64,000 bases of DNA from NCBI RefSeq assembly GCF_902652985.1, contig NC_047015.1, forward strand, positions 41,974,001-42,038,000, written 5' to 3'. The DNA is from Pecten maximus (Eukaryota). Under the pieces are notes generated by a model. That model searched no databases and was not told where the DNA came from. It saw only the letters and a list, made by a program, of their open reading frames with translations. A program made the translations under genes and the position numbers. Positions 42,201-51,000 of the stretch are shown here, in pieces. Each line of letters begins with the position of its first letter. The first letter of the stretch is position 1.

Positions 42201-43699
42201 TACTATAAGAACCGGTTTACAAAGCCTGATGATATACTACATACAGTTCCATCACAAAATACCAGACCAGATCTCAATTATGTAACACGTACAAATACAT
42301 TACAATAAATATAGGCTACATGTCAATTTCAATTAAATTGAAATTGTATCCTACTACAGTAAAAGCACACAATAGGCACTCTGACCTAAAACTAGCAGTG
42401 AAACTGGACACTGACTGACTCTTACCTAACACATTACAGGACATTTTCTGGGGGATTTTTGGGGCAGTTAATGGGCCCCATTGCCAATTGAATTTATTTC
42501 ATATTTAAGCCAAATTCCCAAAACTTTCAGTTTACTCCTGAAAAAATCTTTCACCAATTTTCTTCCCAAAATGAGACAAAAAGGCCTGTTCTCAAATCAG
42601 TGAGAAAAAGCCTTGCATTAACATATATAGAACACAAATACACACTTCCCCTGCTACATAATAATTAATATCAACATATATTTATGTGTCCATTATTGTG
42701 CAGAAGATGATACATAGGTGCATGGTCGAGGAGACGTTTGTGATTAAAAGCTTTATTTTTATTTTAAAAGTATAAGATAAAAAAAATATGGTATGTTTAG
42801 CATTGTTACGTTGTGTGATCTGCCTTATTTGGTTTTAGATTATCAGGGCTGTGTGCAATGTCTTGGAAAAGTAGGTTCCAAAGACAGATGGTATGTGGAA
42901 AGATTTAAGATTAAGCAAAGTAGTACAGCATATCTTAAATTCACAGAGTAAAATTTAAAAGTTTGACGTGTTGCATAAACGATGGTAGCCCGAGTTTTCT
43001 CTGGCCCTGTCACCATGTCTGGTGTAGCTGGCCCTGTCACCATGTCTGGTGTAGGGCTAGCCCGAGTTTTCTCTGGCCCTGTCACCATGTCTGGTGTACC
43101 TGGCCCTGTCACCATGTCTGGTGTAGGGCTAGCCCGAGTTTTCTCTGGCCCTGTCACCATGTCTGGTGTAGCTGGCCCTGTCACCATGTCTGGTGAAAAC
43201 TCGGGCTAAAACGATGGCACCGAATTGTCAACTACAACGATAAATGTATGTTCATTGTATACATGATTGTAATGTAAAAGCGATTATAACATATATTATA
43301 CTATATAATTCCATATTCTGGGTGGAAAACATGGCTGTGCATGGCTGTGTGCATACCAGTAAATTGTGGGGGACTTCCGAATGAGAAAAATACCCACTCC
43401 AAAAAGAACATCTACATAGGCTTGTATGCATATACACTGTACAGTTGTGATACTACAAACTTATCCTAGAAGAACCAACTTATCAATAGCTACCATTGTC
43501 TCTGATAGTTGATGATATCACTTGACAATATATAATCTGTGCAAACGTTTGGAATGTTGACGGGCACAACGCATAAAATAGACCCATTTCACCACCAACC
43601 ATCCTGTAATAAAGGCACACTCAAATCAATGTTGTCTTACTCGGATTCCTCGATGACAGGATCAATGTAGGGGGTTCTTCTTCCAAATATTCCTTCCAT
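15234..43699 (-). CDS. VWA3A: von Willebrand factor A domain-containing protein 3A, complete, 32 exons, about 1249 aa
   Basis: Exons (plus-strand coordinates): 43641-43699 (ATG), 41115-41261, 40537-40636, 40232-40359, 39390-39479, 38905-38959, 38452-38553, 32819-32925, 32175-32300, 31807-31915, 31585-31650, 31064-31195, 30661-30799, 30416-30519, 29867-30042, 27403-27522, 27100-27174, 26877-26971, 26442-26687, 23088-23206, 22609-22716, 21984-22200, 21353-21450, 20995-21113, 20444-20586, 19801-19945, 19415-19559, 17687-17838, 16653-16779, 16297-16394, 15895-15947, 15234-15283 (TAA). Total 3750 nt, all GT-AG, phases consistent. Motifs VTHVNQT.DL, LYQVLAPNA, KAMVQFQWHDG..KNIHVD, HIQHSLRLLLEQQL, GRFHWF, MIDAS DTSGS and LTDGKPD match recalled vertebrate VWA3A. 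Confidence 0.93.
17095..17640 (+). repeat. Tandem repeat of about 26 bp (GAGTTTACCTGTCTCAACAGGTGAGG), interrupted by a MITE
   Basis: The unit core GTTTACCTGTC is identical to the adjacent VWA3A donor junction at 17681-17691. Confidence 0.8.
17257..17450. mobile_element. Small degenerate GC-rich MITE-like insertion
   Basis: About 190-bp block with degenerate inverted ends (CACTGGTGGATTTAAGG ... CCTGTATCCGACCTTG) splitting the 26-bp array. Confidence 0.55.
18075..19306 (-). mobile_element. Second Helentron/HINE-like element, inverted, with central repeats of about 158 bp
   Basis: Same terminal modules as 4209-5384 in reverse orientation: ACAAGAGGCCC..GGGCCTGTATCGCTCACCTG, (GACG)n at about 19183-19257, and AGCTCACC..CAGGTGAGCTAA. 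The central repeat unit is different (about 6 copies). Confidence 0.8.
22863..22909 (-). ncRNA. Minimal type I hammerhead ribozyme-like motif (Penelope-type), probably degenerate
   Basis: Minus strand reads CUUCA-CUGACGA-GUCC-UAGAA-GGAC-GAAAC-AUUUAGCA-GUU-UGAUG. The catalytic core boxes and stem II are intact; stems I and III are weak. Confidence 0.6.
23410..23770 (-). pseudogene. Decayed CR1/L2-group reverse transcriptase fragment
   Basis: Frameshifted translation gives EMDKGNLTCVMYIDFRKAFDLVDHNIL, GVPQGSII, LYINDMP and YADD. Confidence 0.8.
24455..24926. mobile_element. Putative MITE bounded by inverted repeats
   Basis: TGGCTTCAGACCACAATTA ... TAATTGTGGTCTGAGGCCA (19-bp inverted repeat, 1 mismatch). 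No clear TSD. Confidence 0.45.
25206..25752. mobile_element. Fold-back non-autonomous element with a hairpin of about 50-bp arms
   Basis: Near-perfect inverted arms at 25211-25259 and 25284-25333, plus a second short inverted repeat ATATTTACATT (25338) / AATGTAAATAT (25741). Confidence 0.55.
27531..29412 (+). repeat. 28-bp satellite (TACACAGAATCAACTACTGGTACAGTAA), about 66 copies
   Basis: 1.9-kb homogeneous array with recurring variant units, abutting the VWA3A acceptor at 27523. Confidence 0.97.
32303..32690 (+). repeat. Tandem repeat of about 45 bp next to a VWA3A acceptor
   Basis: Units ATACAAATATCTACATATCTCAGGTTTTATAAATTATACACTATT. Confidence 0.8.
32929..33073 (+). repeat. Direct duplication of about 73 bp covering an intron 3' end
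   Basis: AAGAAAAAAAACAGAATATTAACAAGTATTACTGTAATAATTATACATAGGTAACAATGA occurs twice in tandem. Confidence 0.85.
33702..37834 (-). mobile_element. RTE-X-like non-LTR retrotransposon, 5'-truncated within ORF1
   Basis: ORF1 C-terminus at 37514-37834; APE-RT ORF2; C-terminal IETGRY..RVCRLC..EDETHFLIDC..Y domain; 3' end AATAATAAACTAT. Frameshift near 34500-34530. Confidence 0.88.
34526..37513 (-). CDS. RTE-X ORF2: apurinic endonuclease plus reverse transcriptase (C-terminus frameshifted, continues to about 34013)
   Basis: Motifs FWNVGGL, LCETF, GDFNAR, VVDY, SDH (APE); QNGFR, FVDARKAFD, GVKQGC, YADD, YLG (RT). Confidence 0.88.
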   Translation of the reverse strand, partial: DRFRLAFWNVGGLSMSDNDNSRFRFSTILSMDCDVFTLCETFLRDNNVINLDGYTWIGNNRTSIHRNARRGSGGVGMLIKNSLYARYTVDVVDKSNEDILWVRFRNNIDRYLYLCVCYLPPEGTTRPVNSDKFYGTLLENVYSFQNLGSVCITGDFNARTGDLSDYIEGVDVVTPRAHIDDRENRLGVAFIDFLVDTNMCMLNGRLGSNDNFTHVSTRGRSVVDYVVVPHEQYTQYTDFKVHIMSSVINQIPNLVADSASDHSILEWVMCTCNSTSGTIEEPGLERKRHIMSTTPHDFLQDDATRDLIQATIDKIDNDLHTSNDVNSAYADFIALVSGEMDKRIKVSCSSGNRRPGGKSRAKPYWNTELQQQWDIVCKCEKEWLCCKHSNSNKRRLKEVYCSERSTFDRLNRKAKRRYQLSEQAKLHDLHKTNSGEMWREIGKLGMANNRMSKIPMEVVNDGSVICDVPGVLRCWKSKYESLYNATPVDSGFDDVHLDNVNRQLQEHNFQSNIDISMLNIPINYEEVRSAVFRANLRKSIGADCIPAEVLRNKACVDMLFKIFSYCFERSVIPSEWSKSIINPIPKPDTQDARDPLSYRGLSILSIPSKIYTDILGVRLNNWLERNNVISDEQNGFRRKRSCLDHLHSLYSIVNNRKLSKLSTFVCFVDARKAFDTVNQKCLWFKLLSIGVSGKMLGAVQALYRDVKCAVRLNNHLSEWFTVSQGVKQGCNISPTLFSIYINDLVHDINGLNCGIPVDNIYISLLLYADDIALMAPDEHSLQRMLDSLGEWCRKWRLQVNQSKTKVIHFRNPSVPQSLVSFTCGDLDISTVDRYRYLGLWFTEHLDMTITARELSKSAGRALCALYTKFILAGGMTYSVFKSLYEWLVEPVLFYGAGIWGLNTYKFIQTVQNRACRYFLGCGKNASNIATRGDMGWDSCMVKQKLEVCRLWLRLRSTDMDRITYKIHAWSLSTPKSWETKTKKFLQDRDLRLFNT
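38207..38433 (+). mobile_element. tRNA-derived SINE with V-domain-like core
   Basis: tRNA-like head GGGGCCGCGGTGACCGAGTGGTTAAGG; core GGTTTTTCTCCGGGTACTCCGGCTTTCCTCC; (AAACC)n tail; 11-bp TSD ACTTATATAGT (38196-38206 and 38434-38444). Confidence 0.9.
42986..43208. mobile_element. Non-autonomous DNA transposon with TAG..CTA termini and 9-bp TSD (Academ/AcademH-like)
   Basis: 14-bp perfect TIR TAGCCCGAGTTTTC / GAAAACTCGGGCTA; TSD AAACGATGG (42977-42985 and 43209-43217). The interior is tandem CTGGCCCTGTCACCATGTCTGGTGTA units. Confidence 0.8.
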
Positions 43700-43880
43700 T
43701 TTGTTGCCGTTCTCACACACTGTCTAAAACTGCGGCCATTGTTGTTTTCGTGTTGCCAATACTGCGGTAGTATCACACAAATGAAATATCTGCGATTTGA
43801 TTGGTCATTATTGGGAGCACTTGTTTCGTCGCGCGCTTTTTAAATTAGTGAACCACATTGGCCATATGCAGTGCGACGCG
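43700..43880 (-). promoter_or_regulatory. Putative VWA3A 5'UTR / proximal promoter
   Basis: Locally CpG-richer region immediately upstream of the ATG, with a CCAAT box (ATTGG at about 43800) and GTTGCC RFX half-sites at about 43703 and 43752. Function is inferred only. Confidence 0.35.
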
Positions 43881-43999
43881 CATGAGTTAGTTCAGTCAGA
43901 GACTTGTATATCAGGTATATACGTCTCTGGTTCAGTTAATAACACCATGATTAATTATAAACATTCAACAGTACAATTACTTGAAAAAACATGAAAAAT

Positions 44000-44745
44000 G
44001 GAGAGTGATCGACATGATATTGTAATTAAGTTCATTCTAAAAAAAACGTGCATAAAAAAATAATATTCAAATTTCTAAAAGCTAAATGAATAAACTTTCT
44101 TGTTTTATTTAGTTCTTTTACATTGTTTACACTTACTAATTTTAAAACACTTGGGTTTATCAGAGACATATATAGATCTATAGGTCCTATATGTCTATGG
44201 TTTTATGTGATAATAATTCTTAATATATTTTTGACGAATATCAGAGTAAAATGGACATTGTAATAAAATGATACTCGTCTTCAATTCAATTTCTTCTAAA
44301 TTACAACAATCGCACAATCTGTTAGCCCTTGGAACATTATGTTTTCTGCCATACTCTATATTTGGATGATGCGACGAAAGTCTTATTTTAGATAAACATT
44401 TTTTTATAAACACTATCAATAGTTTGGTTTGTTTTTGTTTAACGTCCTATTAACAGCCAGGGTCATTTAAGGACATGCCAGGTTTTGGAGGTGGAGGAAA
44501 GCCGGAGTACCCGGAGAAAATCCACCGGCCTACGGTCAGTACCTGGCAACTGTCCCACGTAGGTTTCGAACTCGCAACCCAGTGGTGGAGGGCTAGTGTT
44601 AAAGTGTCGCGACACCTTAACCACTGGGCCACCGCGGCCCCTCTCAATAGGCTTAATTAGATCAGAGACTGATTAGATAAAGTTGTAAACAAGCATTATC
44701 AAGTAAATGTTGATTGACTACTCCTCGTGATGTACCATTTCCTTA
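44000..44745 (-). pseudogene. RTE-X 3' fragment (C-terminal Cys domain) interrupted by a SINE
   Basis: KCLSKIRLSSHHPNIEYGRKHNVPRANRLCDCCNLEEIE...QCPFYSDIRQKYI. Confidence 0.7.
44423..44643 (-). mobile_element. Second copy of the V-domain tRNA SINE
   Basis: Close reverse-complement copy of 38207-38433 with an intact B-box (GTTCGAAAC). TSD TCAATAG (44416-44422 and 44644-44650). Confidence 0.9.
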
Positions 44746-45473
44746 ATACACAACCTTATTCCATTTTCTATTACACTATAAGTATAACAATCATCTGAAG
44801 TTTCATGCCAGAGATAGGTTTGTCCCATTTTATCTACATGTAGTTTATTTTTAATGCTAATTATGCAGTCGTCATTCAACTCAATGTTCCAGACACGCTA
44901 ATTGTGGTATATATTTTGAGCGTATAATTTTGACTCCTTCATGCTTACATATAAACAAATAGTGAAACTCATCTCCAACATTTTCATTACATAAAGTACA
45001 TATCCTTTCTTCTTTTAACACATTATGCCTTCTACCTGTCTCGATTGGCATTTTTAAATTAGACGTGCGAAATTTGGTTAGAATTATTCTATTTCTTTCT
45101 GATAACTTAGTAGGATAATTTTAAAACCAAATTCCGGTTTGAATAATACATAAGTTTGACCTTTAGACGAGTTTTCAACATTCGAATACCATTTCTGAAT
45201 AAATTGATCCTGAAAGCGTTGCCTCGTGATACATTTATAAAAGTACTCAAACATTTGTATATCGTTCATGAAAATGTTACTTTACTTTTACTTTAAACAT
45301 ATTTTATTTCAATTAAGGAAAAGGGATTAGGCACAAGTTATTGCAACTTACTAAGGCCTTCTCCCATTACACATATAAACACATGTATATTACATATAGA
45401 AATAGGCATAAAGTTTGAATGACTATGAAAATTTAATACAAACACAATAGTTCACAAGAACTTTATAAATATT

Positions 45474-48400
45474 TTAAAATCTGTTGCTGGATTTTATGAA
45501 TAAATGCACAAGTCTAAAAATACGACAATTTAGATCTACGGAAAATTGAGTATTACCATACAATAGAAGTTTTAAACTAGGTTCTGTTCCAAAGGCATTT
45601 ATATGTTGTAGCATAATACGTCTTTCCTGAGCATAAAGGCGACATTCAAATAAAAAGTGAAAGGCATTCTCACATGGATATCCACATGAGCAAGCTGGAT
45701 CATCAACAAGATTTACACGATACAAATCGTACTTAAGTGGACTACACTGGTGTCTTAGTCTGGTGTGCATAATATTGAATTTTCTTTCACCCAAACCGAA
45801 ATAGATAGGTGGGGATGGTTGCACGTTTAGAGCCAAAGAATTTACAAATAAAGGTAAAGAAGGTAATGATCGTCCGGATAAATCTAATGAATTCCAACTA
45901 CGAATAGTAGATGGTATAAAAGAACTATTTGTAAGAGAAAGCCGAAATGGAGGAACTCTGTAATTATTATTATTTCTAAGAGGATATCGGTTATTTTCTG
46001 CTACTGTAGATGGTAGGAGATCATTCAAATAAATTGGTGTTAAGTTATTTTGCATTTTATATAAAAGTTGGAGTTTTCTTCGATTTCTACGATTTGATAG
46101 GGTATCTAAACCTGATTCAAAATATAAATATTCGATATTTGCATAAGACGGAAGGCCTGTTATGATACGAATGGCCTCCCTTTGGGCTTTCTCCAACAAT
46201 TCTGATTCGGCTTTGGTGCAACCATCCCATACCTCACATGCATATTCTAAAACTGGTAAGATGAATGATTTGTAAATTCTTAAAAGACATTCACGGCTTA
46301 GTAAAAACTTCAATTTTCTTAAAACGTTAATTTTCTTCATAACAGAACTGTATATTGCGTTAATGTGATCTCCCCATTTGGCATTCGAATTAAAATATAC
46401 TCCGAGATGTTTATGGTTGTCAGTAAAAATCAAATTTTTCCCATCAAAGTTCAATTCTAGGTCTTCGTCTAAGTCATTAGAATTAGAAATAAATATTACA
46501 TCAGTTTTGTCTGGATTAAATGTAACTAGCCAAGTTTTAGACCAAAGATTTAAAGAATTTAGATCCCTATTTAAAACAGTTTCAATTTCAAGACAGGATG
46601 ACGAAGACATTAGCATAGAGGTATCATCTGCAAAAAGACGAGCAGCTGACTCAAGAATATCGGCAATATCATTTATATATATTAAAAACAAAAGTGGACC
46701 TAGGATTGAACCTTGGGGAACCCCTGCTAAATTTAAACCCAATTGAGAATATGAATTGTTTAAAAAGACTTTTTGTCGTCTGTGACATAGATAATTTTGT
46801 AACCAAGAATGTAACTCTCCACAAATTCCGTATGATTGAAGTTTGACCAGAAGACCCTTATGCCACACCCTATCAAACGCCTTTGAAATATCACAGAATA
46901 CCATACATACATGTTTCTTTTCTTCAAGTGAGATACAGATATTGTGATAAATTTCAAGAAGTTGATACACAGTAGAATGACCACGCATAAAACCCGATTG
47001 ATATTTATAAAACAAAGAGTTTTCCATGAAGTAGTTATATATATGTTTAAAAATTACACGTTCAAATACTTTACCAACGGTAGATAAAAGAGAAATTGGC
47101 CTATAATTAGAAGGAGAATGTCGATCACCCTTTTTAAATAGTGGCATAACTTTGGCAATTTTCCAACTAGATGGAAAATTACTGGTCGATAAAGACATAT
47201 TAAAAATAATTTCAAGAGGAATACATACAGTATGTGAAGTATTTCGTAACATATGATGGCTAATTCCATCTTCACCAGAGGCCTTTCCGAGTTTCAATAT
47301 TTGTAAGATATCTTTAATTTCGTTAATGTTCACTCTTATAGAGCTAAAAGTTTTGTCAGTTCTTTGTTCTACCAAAGGAATAGCAGTGTTAGTATCGTCA
47401 ACTGTTGTAATATTACAAAAGTAATTGTTTAATAGATTAGCCTTATCTTCATCATTGGTGACAATAGAATTGTTAAGAGAATCTACCAGAGTAGGTATAG
47501 ATTGTGAAGATCCGGTTGATTTTAGTAATCGTTTAATAAGTCTCCAATAAGATTTTGGATCAGTGGTTGAAAATGCATCAATAATGCCGTTTACGTTTTC
47601 ATAAAAAAATAATCGTGCATATTTTTTCATGTTGTTTACCTTATTACGTTGTTGCTTAAATTTATTAACGTCCGAAAGAAGCTTGGTTGACCTAGCAATT
47701 TTGTGTAATCTATCACGAGTTCTCAAATTAGTTCTTAATTCTGAGGTCATCCAAGGTTTATCATTAGGCCTAAAAGTGACTAATTTAGATGGAATACACA
47801 AATTTGCAAAATTTAAAAATATATCAGTAAAACGATCACAAGCAATATCAACCGAATTACAATTTGAGAAAAGAGCGTTCCAGTTATAATTAGTAATAAG
47901 ATTATTAAACTTTTCAAAGTCGGCTCTCTTATAAAGCCAAACTTTACGATTAAAAGTGGGTCTAAAAGTACAAGGAATATTAATACTACCAGTGCAACTA
48001 TCATGGTCACTGATAGACTTATCAACAGGTATTACAGACGAATCGATACAGGAAAGAGACTGGGATAAGAGAATAGGATCAAGTAGACTGGATCTAGTCG
48101 GCCCAATACGAGTTGGTTCATTTATGACATTAGTAATACTAAAAGATCTCATTATATCAAAAATAATATGATTAGTAGATACAGTTAAAAAATCGACATT
48201 CAAATCACCAGTTATTATAATATTTGGTGAAATGTCTAAGGCACTATTAATAGATGTACGAAAATTTTCCCAGAAAGGTAAACCAGAATATTCAGGTCTA
48301 TAAGCAGTGCCAATAATGAAAGAAGAATTCGTTAACTGGACATTAATCCAAATTACTTCATGGCCGGGAAATTCAAGTTCCGTTAATCGGTTTACTTTTA

Positions 48401-48905
48401 AAAGACTGTTAGTGTAAACTAATATACCTCCACCAGCAAAATTTCTGTCAAGACGAAAAGGTTCATGAAAACCATCAATAAGTAATTCATCTGTAGATAC
48501 TTGATCATCTAGATGAGTTTCTGTTAAACAAATAATATCATATTCATCGGCTATGTCTTTTACACAATCTAATTTATTCCTAACACTTCGTACATTGAGG
48601 TGAAATATTGAAAGCTCGTCGGGCCTCGGGCCGGGATTGGACTCTATATCCATATCTTGTAATAAAAGTAGTAGTAAAACTACTGAAAATTCAACATTTT
48701 GAAAGCATGAAGAAATAAGCACATTTAATTGATTAATTAACCATGAAATATAAAAACGACTTCGGTCTAGCAACCATATAAGCATCTTTAGACTAAAAGA
48801 TATACACACGAAATACTTCCTCATGCATTTACCGTAGACCTTTGAATAAAAGATACCGATCGCTATTCTGTGACACATGTACGAATTACCCATTATCATA
48901 CACAT
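45474..48905 (-). CDS. LINE ORF2p: hydrophobic leader, 2A-like motif, APE endonuclease and reverse transcriptase, 1143 aa, uninterrupted
   Basis: DIESNPGP at aa 86-93; HLNVRS, LTETHL, GDLN, LDP, SDH (APE); QSGF, DISKAFD, GVPQGS, FADD, HLG (RT); C-terminal CSCG..E..HFLFEC. Confidence 0.93.
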   Translation of the reverse strand: MCMIMGNSYMCHRIAIGIFYSKVYGKCMRKYFVCISFSLKMLIWLLDRSRFYISWLINQLNVLISSCFQNVEFSVVLLLLLLQDMDIESNPGPRPDELSIFHLNVRSVRNKLDCVKDIADEYDIICLTETHLDDQVSTDELLIDGFHEPFRLDRNFAGGGILVYTNSLLKVNRLTELEFPGHEVIWINVQLTNSSFIIGTAYRPEYSGLPFWENFRTSINSALDISPNIIITGDLNVDFLTVSTNHIIFDIMRSFSITNVINEPTRIGPTRSSLLDPILLSQSLSCIDSSVIPVDKSISDHDSCTGSINIPCTFRPTFNRKVWLYKRADFEKFNNLITNYNWNALFSNCNSVDIACDRFTDIFLNFANLCIPSKLVTFRPNDKPWMTSELRTNLRTRDRLHKIARSTKLLSDVNKFKQQRNKVNNMKKYARLFFYENVNGIIDAFSTTDPKSYWRLIKRLLKSTGSSQSIPTLVDSLNNSIVTNDEDKANLLNNYFCNITTVDDTNTAIPLVEQRTDKTFSSIRVNINEIKDILQILKLGKASGEDGISHHMLRNTSHTVCIPLEIIFNMSLSTSNFPSSWKIAKVMPLFKKGDRHSPSNYRPISLLSTVGKVFERVIFKHIYNYFMENSLFYKYQSGFMRGHSTVYQLLEIYHNICISLEEKKHVCMVFCDISKAFDRVWHKGLLVKLQSYGICGELHSWLQNYLCHRRQKVFLNNSYSQLGLNLAGVPQGSILGPLLFLIYINDIADILESAARLFADDTSMLMSSSSCLEIETVLNRDLNSLNLWSKTWLVTFNPDKTDVIFISNSNDLDEDLELNFDGKNLIFTDNHKHLGVYFNSNAKWGDHINAIYSSVMKKINVLRKLKFLLSRECLLRIYKSFILPVLEYACEVWDGCTKAESELLEKAQREAIRIITGLPSYANIEYLYFESGLDTLSNRRNRRKLQLLYKMQNNLTPIYLNDLLPSTVAENNRYPLRNNNNYRVPPFRLSLTNSSFIPSTIRSWNSLDLSGRSLPSLPLFVNSLALNVQPSPPIYFGLGERKFNIMHTRLRHQCSPLKYDLYRVNLVDDPACSCGYPCENAFHFLFECRLYAQERRIMLQHINAFGTEPSLKLLLYGNTQFSVDLNCRIFRLVHLFIKSSNRF

Positions 48906-49692
48906 AGAAAGAAAATGGTTCAGAACAGCGAATCGGTATCAAAGAAGGGCACTGTGCAATCCAGCAATAGATTTTATGTCTGAGTGTATGTATTGAGTAC
49001 ATTTGAAAAAAAGCCACAATAAGTACATAAAATTTAGACAGATAACATGCAGTAAAAAATGTAAGACGTAAGTTCGCAGTCACGTAGGGCAACATGGTTC
49101 GATTAATAAACATTTGAGTTTTGGTGAAAGTAATCGCATATCAGGATTCGGTGATAATTCAAATCCCTCATATTAAAGGATCTTATTAACAAGACAAAGA
49201 TTAAATTGACAAAATTCATTTGTGACTTATGTGGCAAGATATATATATATAACATTAAACTAACACTATATGAATCATATGTACTATTAAATATAACTGC
49301 ATGTAACATTTACGCTCATCGATATGTACTATTACTACTATAGAAAATAATACGATACCATGTATGTATATATAATACCAGAAATATGTACACGTATATA
49401 ATATAATTGATTGATATGTATATATGATACCAGATATTAAATTGATACTTATACGATACAGTCATTTAATTGATATTTACGTAGACTCTTATTCCAAGTA
49501 TTTATATGTATATAAAACAATTATATGATGAATAATAATATAAAACAATTATGTAATTACTAATCACACATACATATACAGCTATGAGAGAAGCATCTAA
49601 ATCTGTCATTACAGTTGATATGTTGTAATGTTGGTATCTTTAATAGATAATAGATATTCAATTACTGAGCAACTTGAATCCCCATCCTGAGA

Positions 49693-49809
49693 CAGTGCCA
49701 ATGGCCAAATTCCGTACACACGTCCGTCACCTGACCACTAGTATCGGACAGTTCATAGGTCAAAGTGACCATTCGGCGGACGTATACCAGAATCCAACCA
49801 AAGGAACTG
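49693..49809 (-). ncRNA. Structured RNA hairpin, copy A, in the LINE inter-ORF spacer
   Basis: On the minus strand UGGUUGGAUUCUG pairs with CGGAAUUUGGCCA, GUAUACGUCCG with CGGACGUGUGU, and UGGUCACU with AGUGGUCA. Many G-U pairs, so pairing is strand-specific. Confidence 0.6.
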
Positions 49810-49871
49810 CCATAGAAACAAGTAAATCTCGAAATTAAGTTAGTTTCATCAAGTCATGCATTTATCATTTA

Positions 49872-51000
49872 TTTACGTACCAGAAAAGTGATAACTATGA
49901 CATATACACCAATATCGGAATTAGTAGTTTCATTACTTTGCTAATTGTTAAAAAACTCTAAAATGTTATATGAACTTTACAAAACACAAGTTATTTAACA
50001 TTTGTTTGCTTTAATTTTGGAAAAAAATAGAAACAAAGTGAAACAATTTAATAAACATTTGCAGTCAACGTAAATGATACACTGGCAACATATTACAATA
50101 TACTGTACAACGAAATAGTACCATTTATATTTACTTGTTAAAAATTCTTTGGTAATCGCATCTATTACACACTTTGGATATCAGGTTACCTCCCCTGTCG
50201 AGGTTAGTTTAGTAAATAGTAAAGGGTTCTAAACGCCAAATTTTATGTTGAGCAAGGTGTGCATGATCGAAGAAGAGTAAATATATATGCTGGGCTCCAT
50301 ATCATGACAAAGCAGCTACTACTTTTATTTGCGACGTCGTTCAAACCCAGTTACTTCAAAATATCAAAATTTTAATTTTCTTTCCTGGAAAATCACATAT
50401 ATACTGACATTTTATTTAATGTACACGTCATAGTACAATAATACGTGTATCTTTGTTTTACGTATCAGAAAAGTGTTTAATATGACAGTCACTAATAGCG
50501 GAATCTGTGTTTTCAACACTTGCTATTTGATAAAACTTATATATACATATATATTAATCATACAAAGCACAAGTTTATATTAGCTTTGGGAAAAAAAATA
50601 AGAACGAAGGAAAACAAATAGATAAACATGTATACTGTACAATACACTGTACAACGAAAAAGTACCATCTGTGTTTACTTTTCTTAATTCTTTGGTAATC
50701 ACATCTATATTATACACTTTGTGACATATATTTGATTACCTCCCCTGTTGAGGTCAGTTTTGTATATGTAAGTAAACGTTCTAAACGCCAAATATATGTT
50801 AGCAAGGTGTGCATGAACGAAGAAGAGAATATATATAATAATTATAAGTTTGACTGAAAATCATGACAAAGCAGTTATAATTTGAGTTTCCGAAGTAATT
50901 AAATTTCAGCTACTTCACAATCTGTAAATTTGAATAAACTCACACATTTATTGACATTGCATATACTGTACGCTTCATAGTACAATAATACATTTTGTAC
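49872..51000. repeat. Diverged tandem duplication of about 0.57 kb in the LINE spacer
   Basis: Collinear shared blocks in about 49872-50450 and 50457-51000: TTTACGTAYCAGAAAAGTG, CTGTACAACGAAA.AGTACCAT, ATTCTTTGGTAATCRCATCTAT, TTACCTCCCCTGTYGAGGT, GTTCTAAACGCCAAAT, AGCAAGGTGTGCATGA, ATCATGACAAAGCAG, TCATAGTACAATAATAC. Confidence 0.85.

Noticed and set aside
42843-43209. Repetitive ORFs (MVTGPATPD.. / WPCHHVWC..) as a mucin-like or Cys-rich protein
   Set aside because: They are translations of the internal repeats of a TIR/TSD-bounded MITE. VWA3A exons 1 and 2 splice in phase without them.
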